From the NCBI GenBank assembly GCA_030264375.1, contig JASCQW010000139.1:25507719-25571718 (forward strand): a stretch of DNA of 64,000 nucleotides. Direction: 5' to 3'. Each line of letters begins with the position of its first letter. Positions within the stretch are counted from its first letter, which is position 1. Positions 13,259 to 25,489 of the stretch are shown in pieces. The notes under the pieces were generated by a model. The model was not told where the DNA came from, made no database searches, and saw only the letters and a list, made by a program, of their open reading frames with translations. This stretch comes from Carcharhinus longimanus (lineage: Eukaryota). Both the position numbers and the translations under genes were made by a program.

Positions 13259-13312
13259 CCTCAGTCAGAAATATTCAGTTCCACAACTTTAATCAATTAC
13301 TTTTTTTGTTTT

Positions 13313-13581
13313 GGGGCGACATGGTGGCAGAGTGGTTAGCACTGCCGCTTTACGGTGCAAGGGACCTGGATTCGTTTCCCAGCTTGGGTCACTGTCTGTG
13401 TGGAGTTTGCACGTTCTCCCTGTGTCAGCATGGGTTTTCTCCAGGTGCTCCAGTTTCCTCCCACATTCTGGATGACATGCATTGACCCGAACAGGCACGG
13501 GAGTGTGGCAACTAGGGGAATTTCACAGTAACTTCATTGCAGTGCTAATTTAAACCTTATTTGTGACTAGTAAATAAAACT
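13313..13581 (+). mobile_element. HE1-related tRNA SINE
   Basis: ggggcgacatggtggcagagtggttagcactg head; gtgtggagtttgcacgttctccc core; gactagtaaataaa tail. Confidence 0.88.
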
Positions 13582-14569
13582 AGTATGGTGGTGCATTTCC
13601 CCAAAAATTACCTGATTCCTATAAACCTTTTTCAGTTTGTTCTTGTAATATGGCACTCAGTGTCATTTAATGTCCGCCACAAATTTCTGAGGTGGTTGTG
13701 GTATTTTTTCCCTTGTATTGCAGCAGTCTTGTGCTGGTGGTGTTCCCTTAATTGGAGTAGGGAATTCAAGAGTTTTCACGCAAGGTTGATGGAGAGACAT
13801 TCAGCAGAATTGTACATTTTTCAATTGAAGTGTACATTATTCATTTCAAACTTGTTCGATAAATGGTCGCATCTGAACATCTGGGTAGAAAATTCACATA
13901 ATTAAAACTACTAATTTTTTTATTTTTGTGCAATCGTATCAGGAATGCTTCAACAGAGTGCAGAATATCATGAGAAGTTACTTAAAGTTGAGAAGTACGC
14001 ATAACTAATCTAAAATTTTTAGAAAATATCTTATTCTGTTTTATTGCTAATTGTTATATAGTATACAATATTAAAACATTTGGACGAGGGTAGATCAGTT
14101 CCCCCCAACCACCCCTCCAACCCACCAACGGTTTTGAAAAAATATGTCCAGTAGCATGTAGCATAGCATGTTTGAATATGTTTATGGACAACAGATTGGT
14201 AGATGAGTTTCTGTTTATTCAGGAGCAATGAATTCCTGATCTCAGCTATATTACCATAGAGCAGTATTGTGATGTCTTGATACTTACCTACATGAAGAAG
14301 TGAAAGAATTACAAGATCAGTTTTTCTGGACTGTTTAACACACTGCTTCTCCCTCCCTATTAACCAGCTAAACTGCGACAAAACCCAAGAAACAAGAATT
14401 GAGCCATCTGGTTAGCAATGTTACGTCCTTGGAGCGATAGCAAGAGAGAGGTTCAAAAATAAATGGCAAAACTTAAGTTATTTATTTTGTCAAAACAGAC
14501 ATTCCAGTTACCTAAGTTTGAGCATTGTTACAGTTCTGTCAGCCTGATATCCTGCGTTTCTTATAATAG

Positions 14570-14644
14570 TTCGCAACAAAGATATGAGTTGGCCGGAGGA
14601 GATGTCATTCATTGCAAACAGTAGCAAAATGGACAGACATAAGG
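14570..14644 (+). CDS. USP32: USP32 exon ~19
   Basis: aatag|(V)RNKDMSWPEEMSFIANSSKMDRHK|gtaggt; 75 nt. Confidence 0.95.
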
Positions 14645-15825
14645 GTAGGTACGAATATAGAATTTGAGCTGTTTAAGTAATAGGGATACAATTTAATTTG
14701 TGTTGTGGGGTCATTAAGCAAATTGCAGTAGATTTGCATGATTATAGATATTTATTTGAATTGCTGAAACTAGCAAACAAATCCACTGTTTGCCTAATTT
14801 ATTTTGGACTAATAATAATTGGAGGCATTCTTTAAGGTAAAACCAAAGATTTTTCCATTGTCCAATTTTCTAAAATATTTAAATGTGTAAGAAAATAGAC
14901 TTTAAAACCAATTTATGATGCCAGTTTACGCCTCATTTTAAACATTGTATCTTTCCATCTTACTCCCATGGGGATAATTATTTCTCTTTGCAATTGAAAA
15001 TTTCATTTGTTCAAATACAGACCATTTGAATATGGCTATACATGTGTAAAGGTACACTCACTCTGTTTGCTGTTGGCCTCACAATTATTTTTTCCCATAA
15101 CTAATATTAATTCTAATATGTAGAAGGATGTAGCTTAGTTAGGGTGGGTTTAGATGCGAAAATTAGCTTTTTCAGTTGGATTGTGAAATATGTACGATGC
15201 AAGTCGTGGTGTGCTATACATATACTGAAATTGTTTTGAATACATGAATCTTTACGTATTAGAGCAATCATTCTTGGATATTTCTGGGAAATATGTTCAC
15301 AAAAATCTTTTGCTCAATATAAAACCCATCATACTTCAGGTTTCTTGGACAAGTATTTTTTTGTTCTGATGCACACAGTTCAAGTAGGTGACAGACCTGC
15401 AAGCTGAATTGTTTATTTTTTATTTGCAATGCCACATTTTTAATCTTATTACTTAAGCACTTTTTCCACAAACAAATTAATATAATTCCTGATAGAAATT
15501 ATTTCCACCCACCCCACCAGCTCTTTGATATGTTTTTAAAAAGGGAAACAAAATGGATCATCTCAGGCCAATATCAAATTGGAAATGATCAACATATTAT
15601 TCTTAACCTCAAATCTTCCCCATGTGTGGATATTCTACCATGTCCAACTGTCTGTATTTGGACCTTCTGTTGATCCTTCATCTATGCATCCAATTGGCAA
15701 TCCATTTGGCAAATATTACCCATACATTTTTTGTTAACTTTTGACCATTTTGTCATGTTTATTTATCTACTTCTTTTCTGCCACTTCATAAATCACTTAA
15801 TTAGCTGTAATACCTTTTGTTCTAG

Positions 15826-15964
15826 TTCCAACTGAAAAGGGCGCTACAGGATTAAGTAACCTGGGAAATACATGTTTTATGAATTCTAGTATCCAATGTG
15901 TCAGTAACACACAGCCACTCACCCGCTACTTCATCTCAGGGAGACATCTGTATGAACTCAACAG
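15826..15964 (+). CDS. USP32: USP32 exon ~20 (catalytic Cys box)
   Basis: tctag|(V)[45 protein letters not shown](R)|gtaagg; 139 nt; Cys codon 15873-15875. Confidence 0.97.
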
Positions 15965-16079
15965 GTAAGGGTTTTAATTCAGTCTACTTGTGGAATTGAA
16001 ATGCACAGGTTAGTTACCTTTTCCTTTAATTCATTTCAGTCTCAACATAAATTTTGAAATTCAGTTCTCTATACTGCAA

Positions 16080-16935
16080 TGTCAGGGGCTATTATGATGG
16101 TTTTCTTTTTTATATTTAAAACTATCACTCCTCTCAAGTAGCCAGACAAAGTAACAGAGTGGTTTAAGATGAATTTTATTACAACTATAAGCCCTTGAAT
16201 GAAACCATTCAGAGTGAAAAATTCAGAAATACATAAGCAATTAAAGTCTTAGCTTTGATTACAAGTAATTGCCGGGATGGTACGCTGGAAAACTGGTTAG
16301 CACTGCTGCCTCACAGCACCAATGTCCCAGGTTCAATTCTGGCCTCAGGTCACTGTCTGTGTGGAGTTTGCACTTTCTCCCCGTTACTGCACGGGTATCC
16401 TCTGGGTGCTTTGGTTTTCTTCAACAGTCAAAAGATGTGTGGGTTAGGTTGATTGACCATGCTAAATTGACCTTTGTGTCAGGGAGATTAGCAGGGGTGG
16501 AGTATAGGAATAGAGCCTGGGTGGGATTGTGGTTGGTACAGATTTGATGGGCCGAATGGCCGCCACCTGTCCTGTAGGGATTCTGTAAATTGGGAAATAC
16601 CAATGGATGTATAGGAGTTATCTCAATCCAATCATAGTTAAGGTTACATCATGCATACGTAAGGGTATAATGTCCAATTAAAACTTGTGCATGTTATATC
16701 ATCAAGAAATGATAGCTGTCTCTGACCAGTGGGATAGCAAACTCACTTTCCACTGTTCCTTTTCGAATGCGCAAATGTGAGTTACAGCTGCATGTTGTTC
16801 AATTAAATGGGCCTTGACTGTTATATGGGTTTATTTTAATCAAGACGTGTCATTTGCCATAACTTCCCTGTGTGACTGAGGTTCAGCTTGTAACTTTTGT
16901 TGATTTTTAAACTTGCATGATTATTAACCCTGTCA
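16080..16935 (-). mobile_element. Solo LTR (family A) interrupted by a SINE
   Basis: Termini tgtcaggg...ccctgtca; 4-bp TSD GCAA on both sides; AATAAA on the minus strand near 16175; homologous to 23936-25302. Confidence 0.8.
16274..16588 (+). mobile_element. HE1-type SINE nested in LTR
   Basis: ggttagcactgctgcctcacagc head, ggttcaattc B box, gctaaattg core, gtagggattct tail. Confidence 0.88.
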
Positions 16936-17389
16936 GCAACCAAGCAGCTGAAGCATTGTTTCAATGTTCTGGAAATCACATTTCATGTGGCAGTATGGCT
17001 TTCATTATATGGATTCAGTGCATGTGTGTGTGTGTAGGTAGGGCACCAGAATCATGAGCTTTGTGGTCAGTAGATCACCCTTTTCACGAAACTCAGCTGA
17101 CTCCATTTTGTTTGCTGTGGTGGCTGAGTGGACTCCTGCGGGCAGAAGTCATCAATACTGCTGCCAGAATACTGACCATTGCTTTGTTTAATTCTATGTT
17201 TTTGGTCACACGTCAGCTGGACTTTGATGATGAATTCCTTAAGTGTAGCATAGAGAAAAGTTGACATGCAACATTTAGAAAGTTATGTGCACATTTGTAA
17301 CGGCACTGTGCACTACCTGCAATCCTAGTGAAGCAGTGTGCTCACTATGCTTGTTTCTCTCTGTCAGTACAGAATGAAATGTAGTTGCC

Positions 17390-17630
17390 CTTATGAGGAG
17401 ACAACATTGGTGATGTTATCAACAGTGGATGGCAAAATGTTGCAAATATCTCCAGTTCCAACCAGGAATGATTCAGACACACCGAAGTTCATCTCTTGGG
17501 TCACCTTCACAACCACTGGCAATGTGATACTTGCCCTGAAATTGCAGTTATGGCTACAGGAGGTGGTAGATTTTAGTGAGGATGTCCTTTCTGAAGTGCA
17601 GATGTCACCAACATTGTTCCTTGATAACGT
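17390..17630 (-). mobile_element. PIF/Harbinger transposase remnant
   Basis: Minus translation TLPVVVKVTQEMNFGVSESFLVGTGDICNI resembles the HARBI1-like LPVxVKVTxALNFxAxGSF...GDIC segment; decayed. Confidence 0.65.
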
Positions 17631-19689
17631 TCAGGTAGGTTGTAACTTTAGGCTCAATTTTTTGCTTTTTACTCTTCTTTCAAAAATGTGTGTGCTATTT
17701 TATCTGTATATTTATAGATAAAATAGCACACACATTTCTGAAATATATATTTATAAATATTTGTAGTATCAGAGCAGCTGCTTGATTAAATAAATAAGCA
17801 ACCTTGTAAACAGTTGATTATTCCTTTAAATAGCACTGGCGGGAAGGTCATTCTTGTTGCTTAATGCTTGCTTGGCTATGTGTTGTTAAGAGAGGACATT
17901 GGCTGGAGCATTGAGCTCCAAAATGGGACTGCTGGCATCAAGTTATTCTTGCACTCTAATGGATGTCATGATGATCTTGGTGTGCCAATCAGCAGCCACC
18001 CACTACATGTGTGTTTAAATTGTACATGTACATGGACAACTATGGATGCCATTTCAAAATTCTGCAGGCATTCATAACACACAATGTACAGATGTAACCA
18101 ATTTCAATTTCATTTTGCATCTCTTAATTATTAAGAGAGAATAGTTAACTGGCAATTCCCAGATCTCTAATTCCCTCTGGTAGGGGAAGATTACAATTTT
18201 GAGAAGAGAGGGTAACAATAGTGATTGCAAAAGGACATATGCTACTGATGATTCAACAGCTTGTTAATTCCTTCCTTTTTGATTGCATGTTGCGTTAGTT
18301 GTTATTGAACCATGTGTGAAACCTATGTCACAATGACTATTAATGACGTCGAAATCGCTCATCGGTGAACCATTTCAACCTCACATCTATCCCCTCACCT
18401 CTGAATGTGCCAACGCAATGAAACACAGGTTGCTTTTCATTTGGCTAATACAGCATTTAACGGTAAACCCGGCCACTCATTCTATCTTTCCCAACTACTG
18501 ATGCATTCTCAAAAGGAGGGTTTCAGAGTGAATCATAGAATGTAGACTATGTCACACACACAGCATGAGGTGGCTGTTGGTGGCAAATGATAAATATAGT
18601 GCTAGTTGGGTGCATCATCAGTTGGCTGAAGAGCTGTTTATAAATGCTGAAATTAAGATTTTAGGAATGCCTCAATTATTTGCCCTGTACCCAGCAGCAT
18701 ACCCCATGAGTGATCATAATATTTAAATAATGTTAGCCAGGAATTTTAGATTCTATGGTCATGCTATTTTCAAAATGCACTTCTGGTGTAGTGTGCACAA
18801 CTTGCTCCTGATCAGTGCCAATGTAGGAAGACTAGCCCCACTATATCAATTTGTGTTTTAACACATGAATTGTGGTGATTGTCTCCTTAAGGGCAATACA
18901 GCAGAAGGGGGTCACCTAGTTAGGGGGACTAATTGAGAGTGGGGTGGAGTCCTCCCTTAGGCAGAAGACGTACAGGGACTGGGGGCAGCCGGTAGGCTGC
19001 TCCAGGGCCGCAGAGGGGCTGCCAGCCTCTGTACATTCTTTCCTTGTTAATAAGCCCCTTTGTGTTCCTGATGAAGTCTGTGAAAATGCATCATTACATG
19101 GCTAGGATATATAATTAGTAGATAAAACAGCATACATATTTTTGAAAGAAGAGTAAAGAGCAAGTCCTTGAGCTTAATTTTAACTGTAAAATAAATGAAT
19201 ATTGAATAAGTTAAAATATTGTCCCTTGTTTTTAAATTAATGTTAATGTTCAGGAGACATTTTGGGGAATGCTTTTGGCATTCATGTGTGTAAAGATTTC
19301 CTGATGGCTCGTCGGGCGACATACAACTGAACAACAGAATGATCCTCTGCAGATGCGTCAGAGAGAGAACTTTTGATTCTCCCTGTCTTTTTCTTGCACC
19401 TCAGGAATGGGGCCATCCTGAACTTAAAGTGAAATTGAGGTCAGTCAGGTGAATTAATTGAAATTCAAAATGACTACGGTCGAAAATTTTATCATTGTGG
19501 TATGCCCCAGATCTGCTTTGAAATGATACAGGCACAACTATACCCCTTACTCATTAATCTCTCAAAGACTTTTAGCATGCTCTACCATCCAGTAGTCTTT
19601 CTTTCTGGTCTTGGAATTGGAACCAAATCTTTTGCCCTTAGCTATCGGTACTTACGTTGACGTCAAGCAGCACAATGACAAAATCAGGT

Positions 19690-20150
19690 CTGACCCACTC
19701 TGCTTCTTTTCTCCCATAGCCCTGCAAATTTCCCCTTTTCAAGTTTTTATCTAGCTCCCTTTTGGAAGTCATTTTTGAATCTGCATCTATTTCGACAGTG
19801 CACTTGCATCATAATATTTCACTGCAGAATAAAAATTCTCCCCATCTCACCTATGGCTCCTTTGCAAATTAACTTAGATTCTTCGGTTTCTGAGCCTCCT
19901 GCCAGTGAAAACAATTTCTTCAAATATACTCTCTCAAAACATCTCAAAGTTTTGAACACCTCTATTACACCTTAACCTTTAAAGAGAACGTTCCCAGTTT
20001 CTCTAATCCCTGCATATAACCAAAATGCTTCATCCTTGCTAATATTCTAATATATTGTCTCTTCACATCTTCCAAGCACTTGACATTCTTCCCAAAATGT
20101 AGAGCCCAGTATTGGATATTCAGATGAGATCTAAACAGTGGTTGGCACAT
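19690..20150 (-). mobile_element. CR1-type LINE 3' fragment, antisense
   Basis: Minus ORF 19965-20150 LFRSHLNIQYWALHFGKNVKCLEDVKRQYIRIL is a decayed CR1 ORF2 end. Confidence 0.75.
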
Positions 20151-20730
20151 GTTTAGGCCAGAATCTTCCCACCATTCTCTGACCCTGCTGCAGCAAGAGT
20201 GGTGTGAACGGCAGGTAAGATCGCGTCTTTAGCAATATTCATTTGTCATTGGAATTTTTGCCTTGAATTACAAACTTAATGATCACTACATGCTTTTGAC
20301 AGCTACATATAGTTGTCCTAAATCTTCACAAACGTAATTTCCTAAACCTGTTCTCTGTTCATGCATGCAGTTAAGATATTATCATTTATGTTGCCTTTCC
20401 TCCTGTTTCTGATCAAAATGTGGAACTACACACGTCTCTGCATTAAGTTTCACCTACCACATGTATTGCCATTTCATTACATTGTCTAATGAGCTCATCT
20501 CACAATTAAACTGAACGAGCACATACTTCATCATTCTGCAGAGAGTTGAAATTAGATGACATAGTGATTGTAAGGGCATAACAATCTCCATCAGTTGCCA
20601 GTCAGAAATGGACACTGTAAGGCAGCCCACATACCTTCTGTAGCAAAGGTGTACCAACATGGAGTGGGAGTGACTAACCTTTTTGGTGCTTTGTAAACCA
20701 GTTGAGTCTTTTCATTGTCAAATTCACAAT

Positions 20731-20934
20731 GGGCAGAATTCTGCAGTCCTTCCCACTGATGGGATCTTCCCATCTTCCCGAAGTTGACCCCTACTGTGGG
20801 TTCCCTGATGGTAGCACAGGCAAGGAATGCAAATCGTCAACTTCAGCAGGACTGGAAGATCCCACTGGCAGTCAATTGTGAGCTGCGTCTGTAACTGGAA
20901 AATCTGCCATTGGCGGGGCCAGAGAATTTTGCCC
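20731..20934. mobile_element. MITE with terminal inverted repeats (Harbinger-like)
   Basis: gggcagaattct...agaattttgccc inverted termini, ~200 bp, non-coding. Confidence 0.6.
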
Positions 20935-22497
20935 TAGGTTTCAGCTAGCCATAGGACTTGGTAACTTGTGACAAGATCAGTTAGAGCTCCTCCTCCATAG
21001 TCTTGCAATAGTTAAAGAAAAACATCATTTATTATGCTGTTTGAATAGAAACATCAGTTGCATCTACCTAGCTATATTGCTTGGAGATCAGAAGTGCTTA
21101 CTTCCCCGAAGAGGCAGTCACGGAGATCAGATATATCGACCCCACAAGAGATTTCATCAGGGAGATCAAAGCTGGTGTTTACATCATCACCTTTTCAAAA
21201 GACAATTTTGTGGTTCAGCTGGAGTTTGAGAAGGGTTGCACTGTGGTTAACCTGCAAATAGTCTCTCTTTGACACTTCTGCTTGGCACTATTCCCCATCA
21301 GGTGTTAGCCAAAAATCAAACCAAAAAATCCAGCAACAAGTCTTAATAGTCATGAAAATGTGAGCCCCTGTTGGTACTGAAGAAGGGTGGCAAGGTTCTA
21401 TGCATAACTACTGTCGCAGCTGCAGGTTTTAATTTTTAAAAATTCCTAGAGACAGATGCAGATCTTCCTCCACTGTCAGAAGGATTATTTTGATATATTT
21501 CACTTAAACCATTAGAAGAGTGAACACACATCACAGTGTAGAAGAAAATCTGCAACCATGCTGCTTGCAATCAAGCAGAATGGGTAGATCTAACACTGAG
21601 TTAGCAAAGTTTGCACGTTTGATCTACCAATCATTAGTAGTGATTTTTTATTGTCTTTATTGTTGTGTTTTATGCTTTGGAGATATGCAGAGAGGAAACA
21701 CCAGCTCCGAAGTGTGACAGGAGTTTTATTCAATGTCTTAAAATGTCTGCTCCCTTATACTCACAGCAACTTGCCTTGGTTTCATTTATTTTTCTAAATG
21801 ATTGCACCTGCAATAAATCAGGAAGCCTGATTGTAAAGGAACACAGGGTGAAATTTTATGATCTCATTGTGCCCCTAAACATTGGGAATGGTGCCCATTT
21901 TTTGTGTCCATTCGCATTTTACCAAGAAAAGAATTGGCGTTATTGGGACCCTGCCAAAACAGGTGAAACATCAATTTGCATTTTTTTTGCATTCATCACA
22001 ATGTAATTACTGAGCTTCCAATTGTCCCAGCTATCTGACTTAATGACCTCATTCGCTGCAGCCGGATTGGTCAGGAAAACATCTCAAGTCTCTAAGTTAC
22101 AATCAGGCGCTTGAGCAGAGAGGGTGATTGAGGAGATAAGTCTCTGTCTCCAAACTGCTTGGGGGTTGGGGAGGTGGTTGGTGCGTGACTGGTGTGTTTT
22201 TTGTCGGCCATGATGCATTTCGAGCTGGGGGGCTTGCAAATGTGTGGGGACGTGGGAGGGCTGCTGTTGCTCACGGTGTCCAACTTTGGTGTCTCAGCAC
22301 GGATCTGGGTTAGTGTGCTGACCTTGGGCCCTAGTGCTGATTCTGGGCCCTAGTGCTAGCAGCTGCAAGCACTGTTATGGGGGAGAGGGGGAATGGGCTG
22401 GAAACTGATCTGAAGTGGCGGTGCTGCAGCCTCAGGAATTGTCAAGCAGCACTGTCTTGGGGGCCACAAATGCGTGGGGGAGGAAGGGGGGAGGCTG

Positions 22498-22597
22498 NNN
22501 NNNNNNNNNNNNNNNNNNNNNNNNNNNNNNNNNNNNNNNNNNNNNNNNNNNNNNNNNNNNNNNNNNNNNNNNNNNNNNNNNNNNNNNNNNNNNNNNN
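22498..22597. other. Assembly gap (100 N)
   Basis: N run. Confidence 1.
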
Positions 22598-23545
22598 GGA
22601 AGGAACTGAAGGCACTGTTGCTAAGTTTGCAGATGATACAAAGATATGTAGAGGAACAGGTAGTATTGAGGAAGGAGGGGGGCTGCAGAAGGACTTGGAC
22701 AAGTTAGGAGAGTGGGCAAAGAAGTGGCAGATGGAATACAACGTGGAAAAGTGTGAGGTTATGCACTTTGAAAGGAGGAATGGAGGCATAGACTATTTTC
22801 TAAAGGGGAAAATACTTAGGAAATCAGAAACACAAAGGGACTTGGGAGTCATTGTTCAAGATTCTCTTAATATTAACGTGCAGGTTTAATCGGCAGTTAG
22901 GAAGGCAAATACAATGTTAGCATTCCTGTCATGAGGGCTAGGATATAAGAGCAAGGATGTACTTTTGAGATTGTATAAGGCTCTGGTCAGACCCCACTTG
23001 GATTATTGTGAACAGTTTTGAGCCTGTATCTAAGGCAGGATGTGCTGGCCTTGGAAAAGGTCCAGAGGAGGTTCACATGAATGATCTCTGGAATAAAGAG
23101 CTTGTCATATGAGGAAGAGTTGAGGATTCTGGGTCTGCACTCGTTGGAGTTTAGAAGGATGAGGGGGATCTTCTGAAATTTACAGCATACTGCGAGACCT
23201 GGATAGAATGGACGTGGAGAGGATGCTTCCACTAGTAGGAAAAACTAGAATCAAAGGGCACAACTTCAGGCTAATGGGACGATCCTTTAAAACGAGACGA
23301 GGAGGAATTTCTTCGGCCAGGGAGTGGTGAATCGTGGAACTCTTTGCCACAGAAGACTGCGGAGGCCAGGTCATTAAGTGTTTTTAAGACAGAGATAGAT
23401 TCTTGATTAATAAGGGGGTCGAGGTTATGGGGAAAAGGCAGGAGAATGGGGATGAGAAAAAAATCAGTCATGATTGAATGATGGAGCAACTCGATGGGCC
23501 AAGTGGCCTAATTCTGCACCTATATCTTACTGGTCTTACGGTACT
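22598..23545 (+). mobile_element. CR1-type LINE 3' fragment with RT motif
   Basis: VAKFADDTKI...LQKDLDKLGEWAKKWQMEYNVEKCEVMHF; 3' tail tatcttac. Confidence 0.92.
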
Positions 23546-23599
23546 TCAACCCTTCCTCCAGACATTTAGTAATTGGCACCTGATTTAAGAGGGAGCTTG

Positions 23600-25302
23600 G
23601 CTCTCACAGATTTGTTTTTAAAGAAAATGTTTCAAATATTTTTATTACATCACCTCCCTGTTCAGTAATAAATTCAACTTCTGCCTTTTTGGCTGCCACC
23701 TTTTTGGCATTTGTGGTCTGGTTGACCACCGCGTGATCGCACGGTTTTTTATAAACCTTCGGGGTCCCTCGTGTTTTCATTCCTTTGTTTGTTCTACTTT
23801 GTGTTCTGATTTCACTCATTAAATCGGCTACTTTTGTTGGGTGTCCAATAGCTCAGCTCAGAGTATTAATCAGATGATTCATACACACTGCTATCCACAG
23901 CCGGCCTGAGTGAAATCCCATCCTATTGCCAAATCTGTTAGGAGCTGTTATGATGGTTTTCTAGTTGTATTTAAAAACTATCATTCTCCTCAAGTGGCCA
24001 AACAAAGTAACAAAGTGGTTTCAAGGTTAACTTTATTATAGCTAGCTACAGGGCCCTAAATGTCTATTCAGAGCATTCAGAAAGAAAAATTCAGAAATAC
24101 AAAGGTAATTAAAGTCTCAGCATCGTTTACAAGTAATTAGCATATTGTTACGATGCAGAGGTTAATCCTCTTTACCTCATTTTCTAATCTGGTAGAAGTG
24201 TTTGGGAAGGTGTTAACTGTTCTACATTAATGTTTAGAGGTTCATTAATATAAAGATCTGACACTTGCTTTCAGTGAACAGTTAACAAGTTATTTTATTT
24301 AACCAACCAGAACTGTAACTTAAGTAACACATTAATTAAAGAAAAGTTTGACTGAAATGCTGCTCAAATAAATACAAGGACCATTCAGTACCAAAACAGT
24401 AAAAACAGAATGCTAGTCATTCTCAAAAAACATATACAACAAATCTGATGGCTTTTGGAAGCTTTTGGAGATTTTTCTGGTGATTTCTCTGTCTGCAGGG
24501 TCTTTCTGATTTGCTATCCTATTGTTAGAGAGATGGAGAATTCTCTTCAGAGATAGTTCTTTAGCTGGCAAGGTGGAGAACAGTTCTAAGTTCTGGCTGA
24601 CTCTCAGTTGAACTCAACTGAACTCGTCAGGCAGTTGAGTTCCTGTTTATCGTCCTGATGACCTATCCATTCCTTGTACTTGGACTGGTCTGAGGTTGAC
24701 AACAACAGCATATTCAAATTTGATAGCTTCCTGTTAGCTGAGTGTATTCTTTAAACTCATATGCTATCAGAATGCAAAAAAACCTGCAAAGTTTGTTATC
24801 TAGACAACCCTGATGTTTTGGTCTCTACAACAAATGTTGCGATCTTTGTACCCTATGTGTCTCTGCATTTTAAACATCTCAGCATTGAGCATCAAACCAG
24901 CTTTTAAATGGACCATGCACTGTTTTCCCTTCTAGCAGTTTTTACAATTCTTTTACATCTTTATAAGTATTCTTTATATCCTTACAAACTCAACTTCACA
25001 ACAGTATACCAACAAAAGAATAGGAGTTATCTCTAGCCAATCATAGTTATGGTTACATGTCCAATTAAACCTTGTGCATATATCATCAAGAAATGATAGC
25101 TATATCTCTGACCAATGGTATCTCAACCTCCCTTTCCATTGGCCCTTGTTCCAATGGGCAGATATTAACTGCAGCTGCACATCATTCAATTAGATCGTCC
25201 TGGGCTTACTTTAATCAAAGCCTGCCATTTGCACATAACTTTCCCTGTGTGATTCAAGTGCAGCTTGTGATTTTTAAACTTGTATGATTATTAACCCTTT
25301 CA
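23600..25302 (-). mobile_element. Truncated LTR retroelement: 5' LTR (23936-25302, family A), PBS and start of internal region
   Basis: LTR homologous to 16080-16935; on the minus strand it is followed by TGGCAATAGGATGGGATT (23931-23914) and an ATG ORF 23819-23604. Confidence 0.7.
24146..25003 (-). mobile_element. Solo LTR (family B) nested in the family-A LTR
   Basis: tgttacga...tcacaaca termini; flanks ATAT/GTAT (4-bp TSD, one mismatch); family-A homology resumes on both sides; orientation tentative. Confidence 0.75.
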
Positions 25303-25489
25303 TACAAAAATATAGATGTTTCTTTACCTCATATGATTTAATAAACAAGGTATTCCACACTTGTAGATCATTTAGAATCATACTAGATTTGTTACCTCCC
25401 AAGCTTATGATTAAAAACTGAAACAGTTCTGGTATGTAGGAAGAGACTATCAAATATTTACCCAAATTGTTTGTCATTTATTTAAACAT

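Noticed and set aside
21102-21251. Selenocysteine reading of the in-frame TGA
   Set aside because: No selenoprotein-like context, no SECIS identified and no supporting gene model
16080-25302. The two family-A LTRs as both ends of one ~9-kb provirus
   Set aside because: Copy 1 has its own GCAA TSD and no adjacent polypurine tract; the outer flanks (gcaa/taca) do not match; no pol remnant recognised between them
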